Positions 30,721 to 40,701 are shown, numbered from the stretch's first letter. The stretch: 64,000 nt of DNA from Cyanophora paradoxa CCMP329 (GCA_004431415.1 QPMI01000693.1:1-64000), one strand, 5' to 3'. Notes: generated from the sequence alone by a model not told the origin. Program-made: numbers and translations.

Positions 30721-33593
30721 ATGCAGGCGGCGACCTTCCGCTCTTGCGCGAGGCAGCAGCAGCCCGGCGAGCAGGACAGCATAGCCCGCGATCTCGGCAG
30801 CCTATCGGCGGAGGAGGCGCTCAACGCGATGACCTACGATAGCGTGTTCAACTCGGCCGGCGTGCCGCGCTTCGAGCCGTTCGGCGGGCTGAAGAAGATC
30901 CAGAACACGGACGGCCGCCCGAAGCGCTTGAAGACCAAGGGCCAGTTCACGCCGGTGAATAAGTTCAACGAGGTTCGCGGTTTCGCCCGCACCGCTTCGG
31001 CCCCGGCTCACATGCCCCGGCTCGCGTGCCCCGCGCGCAGATCGTGCCTTTCAGCATTCACGAGCTGCCGGAGTATGTGAAGGCGAAGTACGGCTTCACG
31101 CACGGCGATGTGGCGCTGTTGCTGATGTCCGACAATACGGCGGCGGGCTGCTTCAACAGCATCGCGCTCCATCGCGATTTCCATCCGCGCGCGATCTTCT
31201 CCGGCACTCCGGAGCAGAAGGAGTTCCTCGCGGACCTCAAATCCGGCAGCGGCGGCGCCCACGGGGTGAGGGCCCTTCCCTGCGCTCGCGTGCCCGCGCT
31301 TGCTCACGCGCGGGCCGCCGCAGCTCTTGATCGCGCGGGATCAGTGCCTGGCGTCGGTGACGGAGAAGGAGAAGGCCAGCCCGTCCGGCCTCGGCGTTCG
31401 GTGCGATTACGTCATCGTCACCAAGCGCATCAACCCGACGTACGCCAAGAAGTACGACCTCAACTTCGTCTACGTGAAGGAGGGGCCGCCGGCCTCGCAG
31501 TACACCGTCACCGTCCAGGCCGGCATCTGCGCCGGTGAGACCATCCAAGGCGCGTACCACGGCGTCGGCACGCTCCCGTCCGGCGGCTTCTTCGACGTCG
31601 TTGATCACATGTTCCTCTCCTGCGCCGATGACATTTACGTGCGCGAGAGCCCGCCCTTTCCCCTTTCCCCTGCCCCTGCGCGCGCTAAGGTCGCGTCCGC
31701 AGGTCGGAGAGAACCCGAGCGCGGAGAGCCCGCTGGGCTACGCGTACTGGCTGGTCAGCGTGCAGAAGGTGCTCTCCTGCGCGGCCCTTCGGAAGTACGC
31801 CAGCGTCTGCGACTCCGGCATGCGGCCCCAGCTCCAGCTTCTCGTGGATCAGGGCCGGAGCGACGAGACCCGCCAGCGCCACCGCGATCTCGCGCGGGCG
31901 GCCGTGCTGAAGCTGGAGGAGGTTCTGCGCGAGGGCCACCCAAACGGGCCGGCCCGCGCCCGTGAGATCCTCTCGGCGGCCATCTCCGTGATCGTCGGCG
32001 AGCTCTCGCACACGGTCCGCCGCCGCCCCGCTTAGCCCGCCTCTCCTCCCTGACCCCGGGCCCTCGGAGCGCAGGAGGAGTCGGACGTTCTCACGGCGCG
32101 GGCGGACGAGTTCCAGCGCCAGGCGGAGAAGATCAAGTGCTGGTACGAGAAGGTGAAGAAGGCGGAGGAGACGGACCTGCGCGACTGGGGCAGCAAGAGC
32201 GGCGACGCCGAATTCGACCGCGACAAGCTCAAGCGCGTCTTCTACTGGATGCGCATCTGCGCCAAGCTGGAGGCGCTGATGGACGAGTGGCACATCGAGG
32301 GCGTCCGTCTGGCGAAGGCGATGATCGCCATGGAGTGGGGCCACGGCCACCCGGCGCGCAAGGAGTGCAGCATGCTGGCCAAGGAGATCGGCCGCCGGGG
32401 CCGCTACATCAAGGAGGTGGCCTACGGCATCGAATGTGCGTCCGCCCCGCCCTTGGCCTGCGCCCCCGCCCTTGGCCTGCGCCCCGCGCTCTCCCCGCTC
32501 ACCCCTCTCCCGCAGTTACCATCCCGCTCGTCCAATTCTTCCAGCGCGAGTTTGTGCTGATCCAGGCCTCCATCATCAAGATCGGGTCGCTCCCCTACGA
32601 CGAGATTGACGAGACAAGGGACGAGGGCCAGGCGGAGGCGGAGGCGCGCTGGGGCGATGCGGCGTTCAGCGCCGTCTGGGGCGTCGGGGACAACGCGCTC
32701 TCGCCCCCCGCCCCGTTCGGCTTCAGCGGGCGGCCCGCGCTGGCGTTCGACGAGCACGGCCTCCCCGAGCTGGCGGAGGCGGACGCCGTCGGCTTCAACT
32801 GGGCGACGTTCGAGGCCCGCATCGACGAGAAGGCGAAGGAGGCGCAGATGCGGCTGCTGGAGGAGGCCTCGTCCCGGCGCCGGTGCCCGCGCCCTTCCCC
32901 CTTCCTCTCCTCCTCGGCCCCTCTCACCGCCTCCTCCAGCCCCCGGCGTCCTCGGCTCCGGCGTCCTTGGCTCCGGCGCCCTCGGCCCCGGCCCTCTGCC
33001 CCACCTACGGAGAGAGGTGTGCCCACCGCGCCGATTGCGCCCTCAACGGCTCCCACCTCCTGCCCGCCAAGAAGGCCCGCCTCGGCCTCTTCTCACCCCA
33101 CCCTCTCAGCCCGGTGAGTGACTCTGAATCCTCGGAGGGCTCGGAGGCCTATAGCACGCCCCGCGACCCCGACGCCCCGCCCCACAAGGCCGGCGCCTTC
33201 GGCTTCTGTGAGTGACGCCCCCGCGCAGGCCCTCTCGGCGCCGCCCGTCGCCAACCGCACCGCCTTCGTCCAGGTGAGTGCCAGGGCTGCCGCGAGTGGC
33301 GGCTCGAGAACTTCTCGGCTCAGGTCCCCGCCACGCAGCAGGCCCGCGCGATCCCGGCCTCGCCGCCCGTCGTCCCCGTCGCCGTCGCCGTGGAGGGCGG
33401 CGTCTTCGAGATGGAGCTGGAGCCGGCGCCCTCGCAGGCCTCGCTCGCCTCGGCGCGCTCGGCGGCCCTCGCCACGCAGGGCTCGGCCGCCCCGGGCTCG
33501 CCGCCGCCGTCGCAGGCCTCGGCCGTCGCCAACTCGCCGTACGATGACATGCCGCCGGTGCTCAGCCCCGAGGACGACTTCCCGGGCCACTGA
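30721..33593 (+). CDS. Multi-exon protein of unknown function (about nine exons)
   Basis: GT-AG introns 30973-31040, 31266-31323, 31639-31702, 32015-32074 and 32436-32515 join consecutive ORF pieces in frame; further probable introns 32883-32939, 33114-33228, 33274-33323. Confidence 0.8.
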
Positions 33594-33850
33594 ACGACAC
33601 TGAGACGGTGAGCGCAGGCCCGCCCCGCCCTCCGGCCCCTCTCCGAGCAAATGGTCCACAACGCCATAGTGGACGCCATGTGGGATAACAGGGGCCGCCT
33701 CCCCCACCCATTCCGCTACGTCTCTATGGCCCTCCGCGGCCTCGCCTTCCCGCCCCCCTGCACCGAGCAGCTCAACCAAATCCTGCGCGGTCTGATTCAT
33801 TACAGACTCGCCTACCCGGCCTGGGCCTGAGCTACACCAAGCTACGGTGA

Positions 33851-34027
33851 GTCCGACCAAGAGACGTGTCCGGACCCTCCCTACTTTCTTTATAGATTAT
33901 TGGAAAGGTCCGGACACTAGAGGAGGGAGGGCGTACATAAGTAGTCTGACCAAGAGACGTGTCCCGACCCTTCCAGATCTTTAAATTAATATCTGAGAGG
34001 GTCGAGACACTAGAGGAGGGCGTACAA
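33851..34027. repeat. Two tandem ~93-bp imperfect repeats, each a stem-loop
   Basis: GTGTCCGGACC (33866-33876) / GGTCCGGACAC (33907-33917); GTGTCCCGACCCT (33959-33971) / AGGGTCGAGACAC (33998-34010). Confidence 0.85.
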
Positions 34028-34666
34028 CTTAAACTCGCGCAGCGCCGCCTGCTCCTCGCTGAGGTTCTCTGACTTCATTCGATCGCTGTAGGGCTCGGGC
34101 GGCGTGCCCTCCTTGACGTGCATCCAAAATAGATGTAAGCACTTCCTCATGAGCTCGATGTACCTCTCGTCGCGCCTGACGTACCACGTTTGCACGCGCA
34201 GAGGAGTGAAGCAAAAAAGTTCGGCCCACTCGCGGCCCGTGATGTCCAAAAGTCCCTGTAATTGAGTCATGTAATAAGTAGGAACTTTATCGTACAGTTC
34301 GCCCTTGTACGGGCATTTCACCTCTAAAATTCTATCATTTCCTATAAGTCCGTCGGGACTACCGGCGAGGAACGGCATTTCTTTATGTTCGTGCAGTCCA
34401 GTATGTTTAATGTCCACGTTATTGTTCAACGTTTTGTAGAGAGAGACCGCGAAGGGCTCATAGTCATGCCCATAGGTTAGGGCAGGGTTGTCAAAGTTGT
34501 TTTCCTCCGCTATCCCGCTTAGCTCCGCCCAGAGGCGGGCCCTGGATTTCCAGGGGTTTATGCCGCACGCAGCCGCAAAGTTCGAGGCAGTTAGCTTTTC
34601 GCGGCGCGCCGCGTGCCACGCCGCGCTCCCCTGTTGCAAAGTCTCGCAATCTGTATCGGTATGCAT
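34010..34666 (-). CDS. YqaJ-like viral recombinase / lambda-exonuclease family PD-(D/E)xK nuclease
   Basis: QGSAAWHAARREKLTAS, GH.YE, LAGSPDG, ILEVKCP, YYMTQLQG. Confidence 0.93.
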   Translation of the reverse strand: MHTDTDCETLQQGSAAWHAARREKLTASNFAAACGINPWKSRARLWAELSGIAEENNFDNPALTYGHDYEPFAVSLYKTLNNNVDIKHTGLHEHKEMPFLAGSPDGLIGNDRILEVKCPYKGELYDKVPTYYMTQLQGLLDITGREWAELFCFTPLRVQTWYVRRDERYIELMRKCLHLFWMHVKEGTPPEPYSDRMKSENLSEEQAALREFKLYALL

Positions 34667-34704
34667 AGCTTAGCCTCGCAGTAGCGTTTAGAATTTCTTG
34701 ATGT

Positions 34705-34962
34705 GTGCAATTGCAAATGTCTGATAATCAGACTACCCTCCCACCGCTATCGGGGTACATCCGAGATTACACTAAGCAGGTAAACGGGCTGATCGGCTGG
34801 GTGAAAGAAGAGATCCCCAATACAATGCGAGACGGCGGCATGGCTGCGACGTATTTGCGCGATGTGGCACGCCGAGGCCTCGAGTCCAGGGTAGACATCC
34901 GAACGTATGAGCCGCCGGTGACACATAGAGAAAGCCCGCGTTTTACCCCTCGGCTTAGTTAA
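34705..34962 (+). CDS. Hypothetical protein at the GC/AT boundary
   Basis: About 80-aa ORF divergent from YqaJ. Confidence 0.4.
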   Translation: MQLQMSDNQTTLPPLSGYIRDYTKQVNGLIGWVKEEIPNTMRDGGMAATYLRDVARRGLESRVDIRTYEPPVTHRESPRFTPRLS

Positions 34963-35216
34963 ATTAAATTTTGTTAATAATTTACCTATATTTCTTTTAT
35001 ATTTTACGATAATTTAAGTGAAATTTATCTTTTATTGTTGTCTTTTATGTGTGTATTTCGTATATATTACTATTAAATTGTTACTGAAATTTTTCTTAAT
35101 TGTAATTCCGATGCAATTCACTCGAATCTATCGTAATCATTTTAATCTGAGGTGGATCTTTAACTAATCTAAATTATATCTCGCCTCAGTTTAAAACGCG
35201 GGCTTTCTCTATGTGT
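34921..35216. repeat. Perfect 25-bp inverted repeat (34921-34945 / 35192-35216) enclosing an AT-rich spacer
   Basis: ACACATAGAGAAAGCCCGCGTTTTA and its reverse complement. Confidence 0.92.
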
Positions 35217-35615
35217 GATATTACGCATTATCGTGTATAATTATATGAAAAATATGAATATGCATTTTAACTTTAAATATTTGTAAATTATGTATTAATT
35301 TATATTGATAATATGTGTGAATTTATAATGGAGTTCCATGGAAAAATAATAAAATGTTCCGTGGGATTAAATGCGATGATAATATTAATTTGATATGGTG
35401 CGTTTTCTTACGTAAAACAGCTATAAGTCGTCAGACAAGCTGCCTCGGCTGCGCCTGTGCTGTATGGAATGTGGGGAAATATTAAATATGAACATGTTGA
35501 GATTGTATGAATGATATAATGTTTTTGTTATAGGTTCTAAGTGTAAATGGTGCATTTATTCATTTGAAGGAGACCACCACCCATTTAATTGGAAATTTAA
35601 ATATTAACACTGAGT

Positions 35616-36280
35616 TGCATTATGTCCAATTAAACAGTTGATATAATGGGATTCTGTTTTTTACCGTTATAAAATTGTATCTGATGTGCATTATGTCCTT
35701 TTAAACAATCATTGAGATTGCTGTGTATTTTGTTGGAATACATGATTACTGCATTATGTCCAATTAAACAATTGATAAAATGGGATTCTGTTTTTTACTG
35801 TGATAAAATTGTGTCTGATGTGCATTATGTCCAATTAAACAATCGTTGAGATATCGGATGAAAATAATTCACTCGTTACTGCATTATGTCCGATTAAACA
35901 ATTGATGGAATATCGGATGAAAATAATTCACTCGTTACTGCATTATGTCCAATTAAACAATCGATGAAATATCGGATGAAAATAATTCACTCGTTACTGC
36001 ATTATGTCGAATTAAACAATTGATGGAATATGGGATGAAAATAATTCACTCGTTACTGCATTATGTCTAATTAAACAATTGATAAAATGGGATTCTGTTT
36101 TTTACCGTTATAAAATTGTGTCTGTGGTGTATTATGTCCAATTAAACATTTGAAGAGATTGACGAGATAAAAATAATAAAAAGTGTCACTGAGTTGCATT
36201 ATGTCCAATTAAACAATTGATAAAATGGGATTCTGTTTTTTACCGTTACAAAATTGTATCTGATGTGCATTTTGTCGAAT
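35616..36280. repeat. Interspaced direct-repeat array: 11 copies of ~22-bp TGCATTATGTCCAATTAAACAA
   Basis: Cores start at 35616, 35687, 35750, 35821, 35880, 35939, 35998, 36057, 36128, 36195, 36266 (last degenerate). Confidence 0.93.
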
Positions 36281-36335
36281 TGCTTGTATTAAACTGTTTT
36301 GCTCTTCTATGTATTCGATCTTAATTTAATGTGAA

Positions 36336-36642
36336 GGTTACGTTAATGTTTAAAAGTTACATGGAGTTACGTGATGGGTTACGTAGAGATTTTACGATTA
36401 CTAAGACCATTCTCAGTGTTAAAATGGTTGATTTATCGTTATTTTGTCACTGTGAGTTACGGTTACGCAACTTTTTGAATTCTTTCTGAAAATTTGGCTG
36501 GGGGTCTTTTTATAGGTGAAGGTCTAAAACTTGCGTAACCACGTAACTTGCGTAACCTCTACGACATTATGGTGTCATTTCTCTATTATTTAGGTTACGT
36601 AACGTTTTTACTTACGTAACTTGTGTAACCTTAACGTAACCT
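36336..36642. repeat. GTTAC/GTAAC-rich ~300-bp dispersed repeat, copy A (candidate origin)
   Basis: GGTTACGCAA...TTGCGTAACC arms and GGTTACGTAAC palindrome shared by all copies. Confidence 0.9.
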
Positions 36643-36718
36643 TGTTATTCTTACATTTAATCATTGTTATACTATGATATCATGATAACTAAAAATGATA
36701 TATGATAATTGCTTATCT

Positions 36719-37180
36719 TTAACCACGTAGAGATGTTAGATGATCACAATCGAACATCTTAAAGATCTTGCATATCTCATTTTCAGGATCGGTGACATAC
36801 CATAGACGGTGTCGCTTATCAAATAAAGCGCCTTGGTTTTTAATGTATTTACGTAATGATGCCTGGGTAAATATACGTTTAGCTTCTATTTCAGGTAGTT
36901 TAGTTTTAATGTCACCAACGAAATATAGACGTTTCGGGCGATTATGATAATCAGGATCGATAACAGTGGGGTTTATTGTAGGAAAGTGTTTTAAGATTCT
37001 ATGAAACTTGTGTGAAACAAACCAATACCCTGTGTCATCATCGAATTTAACGCCACAATCTTTGATATCAAATATTGATCTGAAACAAGTATTACGGAGG
37101 TTGCTTATATCCAATAAGAAAGCGCCGTAGTAATGGTGCGGCTCGTTTGTGGTGTTTCCGAAATAAATGAATTGATCCAT
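36719..37180 (-). CDS. Protein with two DUF5710-like repeats
   Basis: IKDCGVKFDDDTGYWFV and IKNQGALFDKRHRLWYV. Confidence 0.65.
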   Translation of the reverse strand: MDQFIYFGNTTNEPHHYYGAFLLDISNLRNTCFRSIFDIKDCGVKFDDDTGYWFVSHKFHRILKHFPTINPTVIDPDYHNRPKRLYFVGDIKTKLPEIEAKRIFTQASLRKYIKNQGALFDKRHRLWYVTDPENEICKIFKMFDCDHLTSLRG

Positions 37181-37261
37181 TTGTAATCAGATGTTAAAAA
37201 GATTGTCAATTTTTCATAAATCCTTCTCTGTAAAGTTTTGGTTAAACAATTGGAAAGTTGC

Positions 37262-37581
37262 GGTTACACAACGGTTACACGGCGGTTACACTTGGTTACG
37301 CGGGGTTACAGGTGAGGTTACGTAGTGATTTTTCGATAAACCATACCATTTTCAGTGTGGTAATCGATAAAAATAACCATTTAGATACAGGGAGGTTACG
37401 GTTACGCAACTTTTTGAATTCTTTTTAAAAAAATGGCGGGGGGTCTTTTTATAGGTGGAGGTCTAAAACTTGCGTAACCGCGTAACTTGCGTAACCTGAC
37501 GAGATTTATGGTGTCTTTTTGGTATTTTTAAGGTTACGTAACGTTTTTTCTTACGTAACCTGTGTAACCTTAACGTAACCT
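37262..37581. repeat. GTTAC/GTAAC dispersed repeat, copy B
   Basis: Same core as copy A. Confidence 0.9.
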
Positions 37582-37737
37582 TATTATAACATCTAAAATT
37601 CATCTGTTATCAAACGGTAGCGGTGTGATACATTTGATCGTGTTATGAGAAGCGATAGGATCCACTTGTGAAGCGATGAAAAAATGAAGCAAATCTTAAA
37701 ACTTAAACAATAAGTGAGATACAGCGGAATATACAAT

Positions 37738-38214
37738 ATGAACGCGTTCGATATCCTGACCTACATTAAGAGTATTACCCATATTCCCGTTCTCATCGAT
37801 GCTGAGCTATCTTTAAAGAAGGCAAACCCTAACACTATCTGTATTGTGCCGTATGATACTAAATATCGTGCGTATTTCGAAATGTTTCGTAAAAACTCGG
37901 GATATTCACCTAATACCCGTTTCGTCTGCTTTCTCACATTAGAGACTCACTATATTCTTGTTCCGGTTCTAACTGAAACATCGTGTAAATCGTTTATCTC
38001 TAAGATCATCTCTAAATGGTCTGCTAACCTTCCTACTGAATCTAATGAAACTAAGGAGTGCGTCATATGTCTCGATGATTGTAAAAGTAAAATACAAATG
38101 TCTTGTTTGACATGTTTCGCCAAAATGTGCAACACATGCTATTTACAGTTGAAGAGATCAGAGAGCTTTAAATGTCCGATCTGTCGTAATGACATAAAGA
38201 CGCAACGTGATTAA
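37738..38214 (+). CDS. C-terminal RING-finger protein (putative E3 ubiquitin ligase)
   Basis: CVIC-x-CLTC-x3-CNTC-x-CPICR. Confidence 0.82.
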   Translation: MNAFDILTYIKSITHIPVLIDAELSLKKANPNTICIVPYDTKYRAYFEMFRKNSGYSPNTRFVCFLTLETHYILVPVLTETSCKSFISKIISKWSANLPTESNETKECVICLDDCKSKIQMSCLTCFAKMCNTCYLQLKRSESFKCPICRNDIKTQRD

Positions 38215-38254
38215 TGTAAAAATTGATGGAAGATAAAAGTTTTTCCGCTCTGAC

Positions 38255-38458
38255 ATGAAAGAGAAAATGAATAATGGACATTGGGTGACTTTGGCGACAT
38301 TGCATAATAAGAAGATTGAGCTTATCCATCGGGAGATTGACCTTAAACACACAAAAAGACAAGACCATGAAAGACTACAAAATGTTAAACAGTATATTGA
38401 TGCAATCGATGTAATGATAGATGTAGTGAATACAATCGCTAAAATTAAGACCATGTGA
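38255..38458 (+). CDS. Small helical hypothetical protein
   Basis: 67-aa ATG ORF, intact in both copies. Confidence 0.5.
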   Translation: MKEKMNNGHWVTLATLHNKKIELIHREIDLKHTKRQDHERLQNVKQYIDAIDVMIDVVNTIAKIKTM

Positions 38459-38476
38459 ATTTCATCGATGTTTTTA

Positions 38477-38776
38477 TTACTTCTGTGTGCGTTTTTCAAG
38501 CTTCTGTCTCAATCTGAATGTAATAACGCTACCATCATGTCGTGCCTTCCCCCTTTGAATCGCTTTCGATATTTCCCTGGGTGTGTTCTCATCGAAATCA
38601 ATGAATCGGGAAACCTTCTTTTTAAACTCTCTCTGTAAATATCCGGGTAGTTGGTTGATATTACACCCATCGTTTTTCTTAACAAGATTCTCGTAAATAA
38701 TGCTACTGCGGTCATCCTGTGATAAATCGGGATTTTGAAGCTGTTCTATGAAAGCGTCGGGAATCCGTGAAGTCAT
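38477..38776 (-). CDS. Hypothetical protein, 99 aa
   Basis: C-terminal GSVITFRLRQKLEKR resembles GSVRERLQEKLAKR of 56273-56590. Confidence 0.6.
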   Translation of the reverse strand: MTSRIPDAFIEQLQNPDLSQDDRSSIIYENLVKKNDGCNINQLPGYLQREFKKKVSRFIDFDENTPREISKAIQRGKARHDGSVITFRLRQKLEKRTQK

Positions 38777-38821
38777 TGTAGGTTACACTGTCTATTTTGG
38801 CGGGTTGTCATTTTTTGCATC

Positions 38822-39130
38822 GGTTACATAGAGGTTACAAGAAGTTACAGATGAGTTACGCAACAGGCTACGTAGATATTTCACAATTGCAAGACGACTT
38901 TCAGTGTTATAATACAGGAGATTTAGTATTTTTAACACTGGCGGTTACGGTTACGCAACTTTTTGAATTCTTTTTAAAAAATGGCGGGGGGTCTTTCTCA
39001 GATAAAATAGTGAAAACTTGCGTAACCGCGTAACTTGCGTAACCTCTACGACATTATGGTGTCATTTCTCTATTATTTTGGGTTACGTAACGTTTTTATC
39101 TACGTAACTTGTGTAACCTTAACGTAACCT
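38822..39130. repeat. GTTAC/GTAAC dispersed repeat, copy C
   Basis: Same core as copy A. Confidence 0.9.
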
Positions 39131-39152
39131 TATTATTTAACATTCATCTTTC

Positions 39153-39689
39153 TTATTCATTTGCATATAACTTAGGCTCTAATGCTTCCATTCCGTCAAA
39201 AAATAGCTTAGTTCTACAAACTGAACACTTAGCATTCTCATGTGATTCAAGTGAAGAGAGGAAACACTTAGGACAAACTAGTGTATTGCAAACGATACAG
39301 CCTTTATTACTTACATTGGTGTCAATGTTTTCAAGACAGATAGGACATGTTTCATTCGGACTCTCAAAGTTTTCCCTCGCGAATGATTTAATAATGATTT
39401 CTACAAACCATTTGGTGTTCTCGTCATCAAGATATGGGACTAACATGTAACGATGTTTATATGATAATGCAAAACGAATAGGTTGAAGGGCATGATATCC
39501 CGCCTTTTCTTTCCATGCATCAAATACCCCTTTATTCTTGCGGTTCTGTTGAATAAAGTATATAATCTGTCTTTCGTTGGCTTTCATTAAGAATTTCGTA
39601 TAATTCTTATCATTCAGTTTATCTGATGCATTGACTACGGGATATGGCGAAATCGATTCTATAAGTTTCAATATATCGTTTAAATTCAT
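39153..39689 (-). CDS. C-terminal RING-finger protein, paralog of 37738-38214
   Basis: CPIC-x-CIVC-x3-CPKC-x-CSVCR; shared MN..DIL..I.SI and Y.LVP motifs. Confidence 0.82.
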   Translation of the reverse strand: MNLNDILKLIESISPYPVVNASDKLNDKNYTKFLMKANERQIIYFIQQNRKNKGVFDAWKEKAGYHALQPIRFALSYKHRYMLVPYLDDENTKWFVEIIIKSFARENFESPNETCPICLENIDTNVSNKGCIVCNTLVCPKCFLSSLESHENAKCSVCRTKLFFDGMEALEPKLYANE

Positions 39690-39728
39690 TGGGTTGTGCT
39701 ACTATCTGTTACAGTTTCTTTAATTAAC

Positions 39729-40100
39729 TTAGAGTTTCTCAATGTCGAACACTCTTTTAAGAACGCCATCAATTCTTACAGCATGTGATTTAATCCCGAA
39801 AATGCGCTTAATCACGATTCCGATGGCTGTTTTTGAAATCGGAAAGTCTATAAGCTCTTCTATTTCAGCATGGATTACATCGGAAGGTGTATAATCACCG
39901 TCATTACTTAACCTGTAACTATGCATTAAATACGCTTCCACATGGGACATCTCATGTTGATATTCGCCCATCTCATGTTGATATTTGCCCATCCCATGTT
40001 GATATTCGCCCATCTCATGTTGATATTTGCCCATCTCATGTTGATATTCGCCCATTTCCATTTCATCCGTTACAATTTCAATGTATTCGATGCCTTCCAT
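39729..40100 (-). CDS. Stand-alone winged-helix protein (homolog of the D5 helicase C-terminal domain) with MGEYQHE heptad repeats
   Basis: Aligns by eye with the helicase C-terminus at 55217-55459; five 21-bp tandem repeats. Confidence 0.7.
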   Translation of the reverse strand: MEGIEYIEIVTDEMEMGEYQHEMGKYQHEMGEYQHGMGKYQHEMGEYQHEMSHVEAYLMHSYRLSNDGDYTPSDVIHAEIEELIDFPISKTAIGIVIKRIFGIKSHAVRIDGVLKRVFDIEKL

Positions 40101-40251
40101 GTTACACTTTACTGTTACAGATTGAAAATTTTGTTACAAGTTTTACGGTTGATGTCCAAAAATTGACGCTGTAAAACACAGAAAGGTATTTAAGGGTTTG
40201 ACTTAAAAGAGAAGTGAAAGGGATATTATCTAACTCTTATATAGAGGAATA

Positions 40252-40701
40252 ATGGCGAATACTCGGAAATCAAACCAAGAGCTTTTCGCTATTCAGAATG
40301 GGGAACCTGTCCCACCGGTTGAAAGGAATATAAAGAAGGAAAAAACAGGATTGACTGAGGAAGAACGGGAAGAAAAGGCAAGAATAAGAAGGGCAAAAGA
40401 TGCGGAGAGGAAGCGTGTAAAGTATCAGGAGATGAAACAACAAAGAATCGCAAATGGTGAGAAAACAGTTAATCCACCGGAGAGATTGGAAAAGATGGCT
40501 TTGTATATTCAGCGGCGATATGCGGAGGATGAAAAATTTAGGAATAGAAGGAAAGAGATAACGCGGAACTACCAAGAACGGAAACGCCTCGAAAAGGCTT
40601 CTAAGGTAACTGAGCAAGAGACGGCAAAGAAAGGGGGACGACCTCGTAAATACAATACTTGTAATCCCGATGCATCATCGGAAAAAATCGTAGCGAATTG
40701 A
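40252..40701 (+). CDS. Basic coiled-coil protein with AT-hook-like motif
   Basis: K/R/E-rich; KKGGRPRKY. Confidence 0.7.
   Translation: MANTRKSNQELFAIQNGEPVPPVERNIKKEKTGLTEEEREEKARIRRAKDAERKRVKYQEMKQQRIANGEKTVNPPERLEKMALYIQRRYAEDEKFRNRRKEITRNYQERKRLEKASKVTEQETAKKGGRPRKYNTCNPDASSEKIVAN

Larger units (their letters stand above)
1..34960. mobile_element. GC-rich small dsDNA virus genome (partial), Mriyavirus/Yaravirus-like relative of Nucleocytoviricota; free or endogenous state unknown
   Basis: Co-occurrence of VLTF3, A32 ATPase, RuvC, MCP-like ORF, two HUH endonucleases, SSB, SF3 helicase and YqaJ, with no polymerase genes, matches the described Mriyaviricetes gene set. Confidence 0.85.

Noticed and set aside
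33851-34027. Helitron 3' end (hairpin plus CTAG)
   Set aside because: Spacing does not fit, and no RepHel with a PIF1 helicase is present.
35616-36280. Canonical CRISPR array
   Set aside because: No cas genes, short non-palindromic core, and spacers reused four times each; kept only as CRISPR-like.
35616-36280. Minus-strand coding repeat (LIGHNA units)
   Set aside because: Periods of 59, 67 and 71 nt break frame and no ORF spans the array.
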